Source: Candidatus Latescibacterota bacterium (GTDB taxonomy: Bacteria; Latescibacterota; UBA2968; GCA-2709665). From it: 64,000 nucleotides of DNA. Each line of letters starts with the position of its first letter. The stretch's first letter is position 1. The translations under genes were made by a program, and so were the position numbers. Under the pieces are notes generated by a model. That model saw nothing but the letters and a program-made list of their open reading frames with translations. It was not told where the DNA came from and ran no database searches. Of this stretch, positions 10,412 to 20,629 are shown piece after piece. Where the stretch lies: positions 544,001-608,000 of the forward strand of contig OZ241917.1 in NCBI GenBank assembly GCA_965203805.1, in the 5' to 3' direction.

Positions 10412-11266
10412 ATGCCGTTAGAGCAACGTCGCGTGCGCATCGGTATGTTGAAGGCGATGCCCGCAAAGTGGGATCCGGAAGCAAACTGGGCGGAGTTCGA
10501 GCAGCAGTTCGGCAGGCATCGCGACAGCGGCCTGGATGTCTTCGTTACGCCCGAGTGTTTCCTCGACGGGTACGCGGTGACCGAGGCGGATTGGACCGTC
10601 CGGAAGTTCCGTGGTGTCGCTCAGACGGTGGGCGAGAGCTTATACGTACGCAGGGTTCAGGAACTGGCGCGGTCGGCGCGGACGCACATCGTGTTCGGAT
10701 TCACCGAGATGAAGAACGGCCGATTCTACAACGCGGCGCTGATGGTCGACCGCAATGGCGAGATCGCGGGGACATATTGCAAGACCCATTTGCAGAACCA
10801 CGATCTCCGCTTCGCCGCCGGACGGGAACTTCCCGTTTTCGAACTGGATTTCGGGACTGTCGGTCTGGCAATATGCGCCGACCGGCGCTGGCCCGAGTCC
10901 ATTCGGGTGCTGCGGCTGAAGGGCGCCGAGGTCTGTCTCCTTCCGACCTACGGGATGTCGCACCTCGACAACGAGTGGTGGATGCGCACGCGCGCGTACG
11001 AAAATCAGATGTTCGTCTGCTTCGCACATCCATGCGTGGCGTTCGTCGCCGGCCCGACGGGTCAGTTGGACGCGAAACTCCAATCCAACGTGCCCGATGT
11101 ACTGGTTCACGAGATAGACCTTGCGGCCGCAACGGGGGACAACCATCTGGCGAACCGCAGGCCGGAACTCTACGGGATACTGTCGGACGTGACCCATCCG
11201 TCCCGGCAGGCGCCGTTCGAGCCTGCCGCAACCGACGGGCTGCCAAGGAGGAAACGAGGTGACTGA
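10412..11266 (+). CDS. Carbon-nitrogen hydrolase (nitrilase superfamily)
   Basis: Catalytic E-K-C triad in TPECFLDGY, YCKTHL and ICADRRWPE; RAYENQ. Confidence 0.92.
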   Translation: MPLEQRRVRIGMLKAMPAKWDPEANWAEFEQQFGRHRDSGLDVFVTPECFLDGYAVTEADWTVRKFRGVAQTVGESLYVRRVQELARSARTHIVFGFTEMKNGRFYNAALMVDRNGEIAGTYCKTHLQNHDLRFAAGRELPVFELDFGTVGLAICADRRWPESIRVLRLKGAEVCLLPTYGMSHLDNEWWMRTRAYENQMFVCFAHPCVAFVAGPTGQLDAKLQSNVPDVLVHEIDLAAATGDNHLANRRPELYGILSDVTHPSRQAPFEPAATDGLPRRKRGD

Positions 11267-12278
11267 AGGCAGAGTGGGGGCCGCAATTATCGGATGCGGG
11301 AACATGGGAAAGACCCACGCGCGTTTGCTGGCGGGCTTCAACGAAGTGTCGCTGCGGATGCTGGTGGATGCCGATGAGGGCAGGGCCCGGGCGCTGGGAG
11401 CCGAGGTCCCGGCCGCAGCGGTGAGTACGGAATTCGAAAGAGCGCTGGACGATCCGGCCGTGGACATCGTGTTTATCTGTACCCACCACCATCTCCACGC
11501 CCCGATGTGCGTGGCGGCGGCGGGGGCCGGCAAGAATATCTTCTGTGAGAAACCGCTGGCGATCAACATCGAGGATTGTGAGGCGATTTCGAAGGCCGTG
11601 AAGGCGGCTGGCGTGAAATTCATGGCGGGTTTTCAGGCGAGGTTTTCGCCGTTCTTCCTGAAGTTGAAGGAGGTCGCGCCGCGGCCGTGGCTCACGATCG
11701 CGCAGTATTTCGATCCAAGGTGGGGGGAACAGAGTTGGGCGAACGATCCGGTTGCCGGCGGCGGCAATGTACTGAGCCAGGGGTGCCACTGTTTCGACGC
11801 GGTCCGTTTCCTGAATGCGTCAGAGGCGGTATCGATCTACGCGGCCGGCGGGAACTACCACCACCCCACGTTGCCCATCACCGACGCCGTGGCGTGTACG
11901 TTGCGGTTTGCGGACGGGGCGGTCGCCAACGTCGCGATAGGCGACGTTGGAAAACCGGCGCTGATGGGCAAGGCGGCCTACCAGGTCTTCGCCGGCGACA
12001 CGACGGCGAGTCTGTTCAATTACCACTGGAGTCCGGAGATCCGCCTGTGGGGCGCCGGGCCTGGCCGGTTGACGGTGGACGACATGCCCGGATGCGACGA
12101 TTCGGATTTCGCACACGGTTATACGCAGCAGATGCGGGCGGTGGTGGATTGGACGCTTCGAGACGTCGACCCGGTGAACGCTGGGAAACTGGACGACGCC
12201 GTGCGGGCGACGACGCTTGCCCTCCGGTCCATTGAAGCGATCCGTACGGGACAGGCGCAGGAACTGACCTGGGTGTAG
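11259..12278 (+). CDS. Gfo/Idh/MocA family oxidoreductase
   Basis: IIGCGNMG, CEKP, GGGNVLSQGCHCFD. Confidence 0.92.
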   Translation: MTEGRVGAAIIGCGNMGKTHARLLAGFNEVSLRMLVDADEGRARALGAEVPAAAVSTEFERALDDPAVDIVFICTHHHLHAPMCVAAAGAGKNIFCEKPLAINIEDCEAISKAVKAAGVKFMAGFQARFSPFFLKLKEVAPRPWLTIAQYFDPRWGEQSWANDPVAGGGNVLSQGCHCFDAVRFLNASEAVSIYAAGGNYHHPTLPITDAVACTLRFADGAVANVAIGDVGKPALMGKAAYQVFAGDTTASLFNYHWSPEIRLWGAGPGRLTVDDMPGCDDSDFAHGYTQQMRAVVDWTLRDVDPVNAGKLDDAVRATTLALRSIEAIRTGQAQELTWV

Positions 12279-12361
12279 GCGCCGTTCCTGATGCTGCACA
12301 GGCGAAATGAGGCAGGCACTCACCTGCCGCCCTGTTGGGAGCCGAAGAAAGGAAATCGAAA

Positions 12362-13417
12362 ATGAGCTACGGTATCGGATTGGTGGGGAACCGGGCCCAT
12401 CAGATGAGCTATGGCCCGATCCTCGAGGCGCGGCACGATTGCCGGATTGTTGCCGCGGCGGAGCACCGGGCGGACAAGGCAAAGCCGCTCGAGGAGCGAT
12501 TCGGCGTCGCCTGCGGCGCCGATTACGACGCGGTAATGGAAGATCCGGACGTGCAGATCGTTTCCATTGCAACCGACTTCTACCTGAAACGACCCCTGAT
12601 CGCAAAGGCTGTGGCCTGCGGCAAGCACGTTCTGGTGGACAAACCGCTTTCTCGCACCGTTGCGGAAGCCCGGGAAATCGCAAGCGCGACCGAGGGTTCA
12701 GGCGTCAGGATCGTGTTGGCCTATCCCATCAGATACCTGCCCGGCCTCGCCGCGCTGGCGCGGGGAATTCGGTCCGGGGACTACGGAAACGTCACGTCCT
12801 ACGCGCATTACTTCGTCCGCCAGTTCAAGGACAGCGACCTCATGCAGTATGTGAGCTACCCCACGCCGGTCAACGTGAACGGAGGGGGCGAACTGATGAA
12901 CCTGGGCAGTCATGCCGTGGACTTTCTGCACCACCTGTTCGGCATGCCGGAGCGCATCTATTCCCGGATGCGGAACGCCTATTGGGACGAATACCGGGCA
13001 TTCGGTACGGAAGATATGGCCACCGTCGTCTGCGAATACGGGGACTTCGTCGCGACGCTGGTGACGGGGCGGAACAAACTCGAAGAAGAAGGGCCTCCGG
13101 CAAACGCGGTGGACGTGACCGCGCAAGGCCGATGGATCCACGCTGAGCCCGATGCGATGCTGATCAACGGGGTGGCGCAGGAATTGCCGCGAATGCCGGT
13201 GTCATACTCGGATTCGTGCGTGCAGGAACTGATCGACTGTATCGAAGACGAACGGGACCCGGAAATGGGCGTAGCCGACGGTTTGGCCGTTGCGACGATG
13301 ACGACGGCGGCCTACCAGTCGTCTCAGAACGGTGAATTCGTGGCGTTGCCCCTCGAAGACGAGAACCATCCCATGATCGCACCCGATGAACAGGTGATCG
13401 AGGGTTTTCTGGACTGA
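12362..13417 (+). CDS. Gfo/Idh/MocA family oxidoreductase
   Basis: IGLVG, GKHVLVDKP, GGGELMNLGSHAVD. Start ATG 12362 after AAGGA. Confidence 0.9.
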   Translation: MSYGIGLVGNRAHQMSYGPILEARHDCRIVAAAEHRADKAKPLEERFGVACGADYDAVMEDPDVQIVSIATDFYLKRPLIAKAVACGKHVLVDKPLSRTVAEAREIASATEGSGVRIVLAYPIRYLPGLAALARGIRSGDYGNVTSYAHYFVRQFKDSDLMQYVSYPTPVNVNGGGELMNLGSHAVDFLHHLFGMPERIYSRMRNAYWDEYRAFGTEDMATVVCEYGDFVATLVTGRNKLEEEGPPANAVDVTAQGRWIHAEPDAMLINGVAQELPRMPVSYSDSCVQELIDCIEDERDPEMGVADGLAVATMTTAAYQSSQNGEFVALPLEDENHPMIAPDEQVIEGFLD

Positions 13418-13451
13418 CGCGATTCAAAGGCAAAGCAGCACGGTGGACGAT

Positions 13452-13478
13452 CGGCCCGGGAGGTCAACTTCCGGGCCG
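13452..13478. terminator. Hairpin between convergent genes
   Basis: CGGCCCGGGA...TTCCGGGCCG inverted repeat between the two stop codons; no U tract. Confidence 0.5.
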
Positions 13479-13480
13479 CT

Positions 13481-14818
13481 TCAGTCCATCAGGCGGGCGT
13501 TGTACTGGCGGGGACCGGGGACGTAGCCGGCGTAGGCGGTATCGTCTGACGGCGCGGGCGTGTAGATGTAAACGGCATCCGCCCAGGGGTTGTACACGAG
13601 CAGGTCTTCGCGTTCATCGCCACAGAGGTCGGCGGGCACGGCGTGATACCAGCCCATTTTCTCGGGGCCAACGGGCGGCGGCAGGTCCGGAAGCGCCACC
13701 GCGGGTTCTCCATTTCCGTCGAAGAGGATGCCGCCGTTGTAGAGCATCGCGGGCGCGTCGAATCCGTTCCAGTAAACCGTCTCCATGCCGGTTTCGTTCG
13801 GCGAATTGTTGAGACGGAAGCGCCGGACAATCCTTCCGTCGTTGTCCGCGACAAGAACGTCCGGACGGTGCCCGAGATAGCGAACGGCCATTTGCGGCGC
13901 GGGTTCGTCCGGCAGGAAGGTGGCTACACGCACTTCCTGCCCGTGGGGGACGACGTCCTCGCCGAGCTCGAGGATCACGTCCCCGTTCCCATCGAGAACG
14001 TGGCCGCCGCCGGAACAGATGGCGCGCATCCGTCCACCGTCCCAGGGCTGGATCGACACGGAGTCCATGTTTGGCGCAAGCTGACGTTCCCACAGCGGCC
14101 TGCCGCCGGAATCCAGAATGAAATACCCGCCCAATACCTCGTCTCGACCGTCGCGATTCAGGTCGCCCACCGCCGGTATATACGCGGAGCAGCGGCCGTA
14201 GTCGTTCCACGGTACGGTGTAATCCCACAACATGTCCAGATTGTGGTCGAACGCCAGCACGCGCTCACCCAGCTTGACCACGATATCCCGGGGAAAGGTC
14301 GTGCCTCTGAGGTTGGCGATTAACAGGCGCTGGTGGAACCAGTTGGCGCCCCAGCCGCTGCAGGCCTTGAGAATCTCCGGACGGCGCTCCACTTTGAGCG
14401 CGCCCGTCGCCCCGTCGCGTATCTGGACGGTAACGTCCGCAAGGGACTCCCGGGGCGTGACACCGTCCGGGCGATGGAAGAAGCAGATTACCTCGCACCG
14501 GCCGTCCGCGTCTACGTCGTGGATCGAGACCGAACAGGGCCGGAGCGGCTGGGCGCCGCCGTCCCCTTCCTGCCACAGAATCTCCCCATCGATGGTGAAG
14601 GCGCCCAGGAAACAGGGCTTGAGTCCGCTTGCCGTGTCGCAACGGTAGACCAGCAGATCGGCGTGTCCGTCTCCAGTAAGGTCGCCCAGCCGGACGTCCC
14701 CTCCAAAACGCAAGCCCTGTCCCTCAATCCGGGCATGGGTCAACAGCGCGCGCGGTATTTCGACTCGCCGGTAGAGAACGGCCGGGGCGGTATCGAACAT
14801 CAGGCAGATCGCCGACAA
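13481..14818 (-). CDS. FG-GAP/VCBS-repeat beta-propeller, rhamnogalacturonan-lyase-like (start uncertain)
   Basis: Repeated DxxxDG Ca-binding loops: GDLTGDGHADL, HDVDADGRCEV, GDLNRDGRDEV, ADLCGDEREDL. Confidence 0.7.
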   Translation of the reverse strand: MSAICLMFDTAPAVLYRRVEIPRALLTHARIEGQGLRFGGDVRLGDLTGDGHADLLVYRCDTASGLKPCFLGAFTIDGEILWQEGDGGAQPLRPCSVSIHDVDADGRCEVICFFHRPDGVTPRESLADVTVQIRDGATGALKVERRPEILKACSGWGANWFHQRLLIANLRGTTFPRDIVVKLGERVLAFDHNLDMLWDYTVPWNDYGRCSAYIPAVGDLNRDGRDEVLGGYFILDSGGRPLWERQLAPNMDSVSIQPWDGGRMRAICSGGGHVLDGNGDVILELGEDVVPHGQEVRVATFLPDEPAPQMAVRYLGHRPDVLVADNDGRIVRRFRLNNSPNETGMETVYWNGFDAPAMLYNGGILFDGNGEPAVALPDLPPPVGPEKMGWYHAVPADLCGDEREDLLVYNPWADAVYIYTPAPSDDTAYAGYVPGPRQYNARLMD

Positions 14819-14876
14819 CGGGCTGAACGAAGGATGGGCATGTCAACGTATGAAGCGGGGACGGGAAATGGGCGGG

Positions 14877-15182
14877 CTACTCCTGCCGACCGGCTTCGTG
14901 TTCTCGCCGAAGTTGGAGTACGCATTCGAATCTCTCCGACAGGCTCTCGCCGGGCCGGGAGAATCGAAGCATGGTTTCGTGAGACATCACCATCATCGTG
15001 CCGAGTTCGGGATCGGGATACCGGCAGAAGCTGTGTTTGACTTCCTCTCCCGTAACGCAGCAGTGGGTTTCAAGCGGGAATTCGAAATCGCCGTCGAGCA
15101 GACTGCCGGACTTGGATCCGACTTCCGAATCGCTATCGGCCGGAATCTTGTAGTCGGCGTAGAACTGATCCTGGTCAGCCAT
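14877..15182 (-). CDS. Small acidic Cys/His-containing hypothetical protein (101 aa)
   Basis: AAGGAG RBS before ATG 15182 (MADQDQFYADY...); has its own promoter-like element upstream. Confidence 0.72.
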   Translation of the reverse strand: MADQDQFYADYKIPADSDSEVGSKSGSLLDGDFEFPLETHCCVTGEEVKHSFCRYPDPELGTMMVMSHETMLRFSRPGESLSERFECVLQLRREHEAGRQE

Positions 15183-15288
15183 CTGGCTTGGACTCCTTGA
15201 GCGTGGTTGCCGGTCGGACGCCGGGTTTACCGGCCCCGCCTCGTGTTTCGTGACCAATGGCGGAGCCGCGCGCATTTTTCGGTCTTGA

Positions 15289-15318
15289 AATATATACCGG
15301 AAGCATGCTCGTTGTCAA
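15289..15318 (-). promoter_or_regulatory. sigma70-type promoter for the 101-aa gene
   Basis: - strand TTGACA-18 nt-TATATT. Confidence 0.6.
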
Positions 15319-15677
15319 CAGAAACAGGCCGAATTCCGGGGTCCGTATGAAGTCATCGTCCGCCGGCGCCAAAATCCGGGGCTGTGGCCGAACAACGCGC
15401 TCTGCCCCGTTGAACGAGCGCTTTCGTGCGGGCTCCTTCCGGTTCGCACGAGCGGTTTGGGCTTGATTTCGGGTCGCCGTATTGCTTATTTTCTACCCCG
15501 ATCCACGGCGGATCGTCCTCAGGTCCGGAAGCTGCCGGGGCGATCCGGATACGATACCACCCATGCGCCACGAATGGCGCCCGCGAGCCGATTGCGCCGG
15601 ACCGCCCTAGGCGGGGCCATCCGGTCGTCCTGGCGCGGTCCTGGAATGGACAGATACATGCAGGTGCTGGAGGGTTG

Positions 15678-17198
15678 ATGGAACTCGGACTGCTGATCGA
15701 ATGGTTTCAGTCGGCTTTACTGGTGTTATATAGCGTGACACTTGGTCTGCTGTTGGTCTTCAGTCTGCACCGCCATGTGATGGTACGGCTGTATTTCAAG
15801 AACCGGCGCAACCGGCCGGCCCCGGCCGGCCGGTTCGAGGATTTGCCGAACGTGACGGTACAGCTGCCGGTTTACAACGAATTCTACGTGGTGGAGCGGC
15901 TGATCCGGTCCGTGGCCGAGTTCGACTATCCGAGAGACCGCCTGGAAATCCAGGTCCTGGACGATTCGACGGACGAGACCACCGAAGTGGCGATGCGTTG
16001 TGTGGCGGAGCTGAAAGAGGCGGGACATAACATCGCCTGCCTGCATCGCACGAATCGCACAGGGTACAAGGCGGGCGCCCTTGCCGAAGGCCTTCGCGTT
16101 GCCAGCGGCGAATTCGTGGCTGTATTTGACGCTGATTTTCTCCCGCCCAGGGAATTCCTAAAAAAGACAATCCACTTTTTTACCGACGAGGGCGTGGGTC
16201 TGGTGCAGGCGAGGTGGGATCATCTGAACCGCGACTATTCTCTGCTGACGCAGGTTCAGGCGATCTTTCTGGACGGGCATTTCATGATGGAGCACGGCGC
16301 CCGCAGCAGATCCGGACTGTTTTTCAACTTCAACGGCACCGCGGGCATCTGGCGCAGGCAATGTATCGACGACGCGGGAGGATGGGAGAACGACACCCTG
16401 ACCGAAGATCTCGATCTGAGCTATCGGGCGCAGTTGGCCGGGTGGCGATTTCTGTTTCTGGACGACGTGGCTGCGCCCGCCGAGTTGCCCGTGGAAATGA
16501 ACGCCTGGAAGACCCAGCAATTCCGCTGGTCCAAAGGCTCCACCCAGACGGCGCGCAAACTGGTTGGGCGTGTCCTGCGCGCGAGCCTGCCGTGGCGGGT
16601 GAAACTCGAAGCCCTGATCCATCTGAGCGGAAATTTCGCTTATCTGCTCATGGCCATGCTGGCCGCGCTGATCTTTCCTGCCGTGCTCGCCCGCCTGGAC
16701 CTGGGTTGGATCCGGATCGTCTTCGTGGATCTGCCGCTCTTCGTCTCCGCGACGGGGGCGGTATCCCGGTTCTACATCTACTCGCAGAAGGAACTTTATC
16801 CGGACTGGACGAGTCGAATCAAATACATGCCCTGTGTGCTGGCGGCCGGTATGGGTATTTCGTTCAATAATGCCAGGGCTGTGCTCGAGGCGTTGGCGGG
16901 GCACCAGACGGAGTTTACCAGAACGCCGAAGTACCAGGTTGTGGACCGCCGGGACACCTGGCGCGGCAAGCGTTACGCCGTGCACAAAAATGCGCTTTCA
17001 GTCGTCGAACTCGCCGTGGGGTTGTATTTTCTGTGGGTGATCGGGTATGCGCTCGGCCATCGGATATATTTCCCGGTCCCGTTTCTCGCGCTTTTCAGCC
17101 TGGGTTTCTTCTACGTGGGATGGATGTCGCTGTTTCAGGGGCGCTTTCAACGCCTCCGGGCAGCGTTTTCCAGAACGGAGGCGCCTGCGGCGGACTGA
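15678..17198 (+). CDS. Processive GT2 glycosyltransferase (cellulose-synthase-like, CslA/C-type)
   Basis: GGAGG RBS. VQLPVYNE, LDDSTD, GYKAGAL, FDADF, TEDLD and QQFRW (D,D,D,QxxRW); multiple TM helices. Confidence 0.92.
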   Translation: MELGLLIEWFQSALLVLYSVTLGLLLVFSLHRHVMVRLYFKNRRNRPAPAGRFEDLPNVTVQLPVYNEFYVVERLIRSVAEFDYPRDRLEIQVLDDSTDETTEVAMRCVAELKEAGHNIACLHRTNRTGYKAGALAEGLRVASGEFVAVFDADFLPPREFLKKTIHFFTDEGVGLVQARWDHLNRDYSLLTQVQAIFLDGHFMMEHGARSRSGLFFNFNGTAGIWRRQCIDDAGGWENDTLTEDLDLSYRAQLAGWRFLFLDDVAAPAELPVEMNAWKTQQFRWSKGSTQTARKLVGRVLRASLPWRVKLEALIHLSGNFAYLLMAMLAALIFPAVLARLDLGWIRIVFVDLPLFVSATGAVSRFYIYSQKELYPDWTSRIKYMPCVLAAGMGISFNNARAVLEALAGHQTEFTRTPKYQVVDRRDTWRGKRYAVHKNALSVVELAVGLYFLWVIGYALGHRIYFPVPFLALFSLGFFYVGWMSLFQGRFQRLRAAFSRTEAPAAD

Positions 17199-17257
17199 TA
17201 CGACGTCCCACTATCATTTACGGTACGCAAACCTTCAAATCTCCACGTGGTATTCTT

Positions 17258-18145
17258 GTGACGGCGCGCATCGGACGCTTTTTCGCCAATCGATATACGC
17301 TTGCCTACGGGACGGCACTGGTTGCGCATCTGCTGTTTTTCGTCTTTTACGCGTCCCTGTTGAGCCTTGTGCCGCAACCGCGGATCGACGCGTCCGACCG
17401 CGAGTCCAGGCCGATGACTTTCGAATTCGTGGAGTTGCCCGATCCTGTGCAGGACGAACAGCCGCCGGATGCGACGTCTTTGCGTTCGGACCGTGTCTCG
17501 CGGGCGAAGGACCTCCACGACCTGCCCCTGCCGCAATCGCACCTGCCCTACACAAACGGCCTGGTGCAATCACCCTCGCGGTTACGACCCGATGTGGGAC
17601 GTGATGGCGATGGCGGCGAGCGGGGCGAAACCGACGCCCGCACCCGCGCCGACCGGGAGGAAGCGGAGCCCGACGAGACTTCTACGGATTTCGCGACACT
17701 GATGAAGCCGCGAAGAACGTGGACCCCCCGGCAGCCGAAAAGCGCGTTGTTCGGACGTCCGGCCCGGCCCGGCGTGTTGCCCATGAAAAACCTGCGGAGC
17801 CACGCCCTCGAGGAGGGAGGGCTGCAACTGAGCACGTATGACTGGGAATTCGCGCCGTACCTGGCATACCTCAAACGCCACATTGGAGACCACATTCATC
17901 CGCCGGCCGCGTTCACGCAGCTGGGGCTCATCCAGGGCCGGACGCGACTGAAATTCCGGATCCTGCCGGACGGAAGCCTCGAGGGTCTTGAGGTCATCGA
18001 CTTCGACGGCAGCCCTTACCTGCGGGATACCAGCACGCGCGCGGTGGAACTGTCGGCGGATTTCCGGCCTCTGCCGGCCCACTTTCCGGAGGAATTTCTG
18101 GAGATTACCGCCCTGTTCCACTATCTGTTACTGGATTCCCGATAA
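17258..18145 (+). CDS. TonB/TolA-like energy transducer (start uncertain)
   Basis: N-terminal TM with His (ALVAHLLF), Pro/charged linker, C-terminal TolA/TonB-C-like domain (FAPYLAYLKRHI..FRILPDGSL..FRPLP). Directly upstream of exbB/exbD. Confidence 0.75.
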   Translation: MTARIGRFFANRYTLAYGTALVAHLLFFVFYASLLSLVPQPRIDASDRESRPMTFEFVELPDPVQDEQPPDATSLRSDRVSRAKDLHDLPLPQSHLPYTNGLVQSPSRLRPDVGRDGDGGERGETDARTRADREEAEPDETSTDFATLMKPRRTWTPRQPKSALFGRPARPGVLPMKNLRSHALEEGGLQLSTYDWEFAPYLAYLKRHIGDHIHPPAAFTQLGLIQGRTRLKFRILPDGSLEGLEVIDFDGSPYLRDTSTRAVELSADFRPLPAHFPEEFLEITALFHYLLLDSR

Positions 18146-18162
18146 CACCGGAGCACCCGCAT

Positions 18163-18789
18163 ATGGGATGGGAGTTGTTCGTGCAGGGGGGGTTGATGAT
18201 GTATCCCCTCACGCTGTGTTCAATCCTTACGGTGGCAATCACCCTGGAGCGGGCGTTCAGTCTGCGGCGCCACAGGATCATTCGCGGAGAGATTGTCAGC
18301 GTCATCGAGAACATAAACGGCCCTGAGGATATCGGCCTGGCGGTATCGGTGTGCAACCAGTACGAAGGGCCATTCGCTCAGGTTGTGCGGGCCGGCCTCA
18401 ACAACCGTCACCTGACTCCGGATGAGATCAGAGAAAGCATCGTGGACCAGGGGCGCCAGGAAATGGGGAAGCTCCAGAAGGGGATCGTCGTTCTTGAAAC
18501 CGTCGCCAGCGTTTCTCCGCTGCTGGGGCTGCTGGGTACGGTTCTGGGGATGATCAAGGTTTTTCGCGAGATTTCGGAAGTGGGCATCGGGCAGGGCAAC
18601 CTGCTCGCGGGTGGGATCGCCGAGGCGATCCTGACAACCGGCGCCGGTCTGTTCATTGCGATTCCGTCTCTGGTGTTCTTCAATTTTTTCAGCAGCAAGG
18701 CCGAGAGTCTGGTCCTGGAAATTGAGAAATATTCCAACACGCTGCTGAAAAAGCTGCGAGACTTCAAGATGCATGGGCCGGAGAATTGA
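18163..18789 (+). CDS. exbB: MotA/TolQ/ExbB proton channel protein
   Basis: GGLMMYPL, SPLLGLLGTVLGMI, GIAEAILTTGAGLFIAIP. Confidence 0.93.
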   Translation: MGWELFVQGGLMMYPLTLCSILTVAITLERAFSLRRHRIIRGEIVSVIENINGPEDIGLAVSVCNQYEGPFAQVVRAGLNNRHLTPDEIRESIVDQGRQEMGKLQKGIVVLETVASVSPLLGLLGTVLGMIKVFREISEVGIGQGNLLAGGIAEAILTTGAGLFIAIPSLVFFNFFSSKAESLVLEIEKYSNTLLKKLRDFKMHGPEN

Positions 18790-18800
18790 GGGGCCGCGAT

Positions 18801-19214
18801 ATGCAGTTGTATCAGAAACCCAGGCGACGGCCGTCTATCAACATCACGTCACTGATCGACGTCTTGTTTCTGCTCCTGACCTTCTTCCTGGTGACGACAT
18901 CTTTCATCGAGCAGTCCGCGCTGAAGGTGGAACTGCCATCCATGGAAAACGTGGACCGGGTCCGGCAGCCGAAACGCTTCGTGCTCGATGTGGCTCCGGA
19001 CGGCCGGATACATTACGACGGCGAGCCGGTCGAGCGGAACGCGCTGGGTGACCGGCTGAAGACGGCTTCGAATGATGTTAACGCCGCAGGCGGGCTCGTG
19101 TTGAGGGCCGACCGGGACCTCCCCCACGGCGAGGTGATGGGCGTTCTGGACATCATCCGAGGGGCGGGAATCAGGCGATTTGTGATTGCGACGGCGACGT
19201 CGGGGCCCGGATGA
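18801..19214 (+). CDS. exbD: ExbD/TolR biopolymer transport protein
   Basis: INITSLIDVLFLLLTFF with the conserved Asp; LRADR; VMGVLD. Confidence 0.93.
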   Translation: MQLYQKPRRRPSINITSLIDVLFLLLTFFLVTTSFIEQSALKVELPSMENVDRVRQPKRFVLDVAPDGRIHYDGEPVERNALGDRLKTASNDVNAAGGLVLRADRDLPHGEVMGVLDIIRGAGIRRFVIATATSGPG

Positions 19215-19297
19215 AACACCGTTCAATCGTGTCTTGCATTGTCCATGTTGTTCAGGTCTTCGATTGCGTGCTCGTAGATTGTCCTGCGGGAGGATGC

Positions 19298-20629
19298 ATG
19301 TCCAGATTTCAACAGGTCGTCTTTTTATGCGCCATAGCGGTCCTTTCGGGATGCGGGGAAGGTGAAAGAGGACGGGCCCGCCGCGGCGAACAGCGCCGGG
19401 GCGCGGCGGTACCCGTAAGGGTAGAGCCCGTGAACCGTCGGGACATTTCGAATTATATTCTGGCCAATACAACGCTGGAGGCGTTTCAATGGGTGGACGT
19501 GCGTGCCAGGACGTCCGGACAGGTCGTGGAGATCCTCAGGGAAGAGGGTGATCGCGTCAGGGAAGGCACGGTGCTTGCGCGTCTGGATTCGGAGGAACCG
19601 ACGTTACAGGTCAATCGCATGGAGGTGGCCTACCTCGACGCGCGCCGGTCCTTCGAGCGAGATGAAAAACTGTTCAAGCGGGAACTCCTCAGCAAGGAAC
19701 GGTATGAGAACTCCAGGGGGCAGATGGACCGCGCCTACACCGAACTGAAACAGGCGCGGCTGAATCTGAGCTATACGACCATTGCTTCACCACTCAACGG
19801 CAGACTGACCATTCGAAGCGTCGAGGTCGGAAACATGGTGACCGCGAATCAGGCGGTGTTTTCCGTGGCGGTCTTCGACCCGCTGCTCGCCCGCATCCGG
19901 ATACCGGAAAAAAACATGGGCAAAGTGGCGATCGGCCAGGGCGCGAGAGTCGCCGTGGAGTCCGCGCCGGGTCGGGTGTTTCGCGGCGTTGTGAAGATGA
20001 TCAGCCCCGTCGTGGATCCGGAGAGCGGAACCATCAAGGTCACCATCCAGGTTCCTGGCGCCGGAAACGGAATCCTCCGGCCGGGCATGTTCGCATCGGT
20101 ACATATCATCACCGAAGTACACAGGAACACACTGGTGATACCCAAGAGAGCGCTCGTCCTCGAAGGCGAGGGAAATCAGGTCTTCGTGTATGAACGGGAC
20201 GGCGAACAGGGCGCGGGAAGGGCGGTGCGCCGGAAGGTCGGGATGGGATTTGCCGACAATGAATACCTGGAGATTCTGAACGGCCTGTCAGAGGGAGAAA
20301 AGGTCATCACCGTCGGGCACGACGGCCTGCGTCCGGGCACAGCCGTGCGTCTGGTGGGCGAGGGGGTCCCGGAGACGGCGGCGGGGGAAGAGCGGACAGG
20401 TGGCGGGTCCCCGGGATGGGGAGGCGGCCAACGGGGCGGCGGTGAGAACGGCCGGCTGAAGGCAATGAAGGAACGGTTGCTCGCCCGGTTTCCCGATCTG
20501 AAGAAGGCGTATGACGAACGGCTAAAGGAAGATCCGGATCTCGCCACGAGCAGTGAAAAGTGGCGCGCGTTCGTGGGTGAAATGCGCCGTGCGGGGATAC
20601 TGCCGGCCGGGGGCGGGAGACCACAATGA
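19298..20629 (+). CDS. RND efflux periplasmic adaptor (MFP) lipoprotein
   Basis: Lipobox VLSGC; lipoyl motifs EGDRVREG and IASPLNG; ISPVVDPESGT; LRPGMF. Confidence 0.92.
   Translation: MSRFQQVVFLCAIAVLSGCGEGERGRARRGEQRRGAAVPVRVEPVNRRDISNYILANTTLEAFQWVDVRARTSGQVVEILREEGDRVREGTVLARLDSEEPTLQVNRMEVAYLDARRSFERDEKLFKRELLSKERYENSRGQMDRAYTELKQARLNLSYTTIASPLNGRLTIRSVEVGNMVTANQAVFSVAVFDPLLARIRIPEKNMGKVAIGQGARVAVESAPGRVFRGVVKMISPVVDPESGTIKVTIQVPGAGNGILRPGMFASVHIITEVHRNTLVIPKRALVLEGEGNQVFVYERDGEQGAGRAVRRKVGMGFADNEYLEILNGLSEGEKVITVGHDGLRPGTAVRLVGEGVPETAAGEERTGGGSPGWGGGQRGGGENGRLKAMKERLLARFPDLKKAYDERLKEDPDLATSSEKWRAFVGEMRRAGILPAGGGRPQ

Noticed and set aside
15519-15531. TCAGGTCCGGAAG, resembling the SRP RNA domain IV motif
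   Set aside because: It continues CTGCC rather than GAAGCAGC, so the GGAA-capped stem and symmetric loop cannot form.
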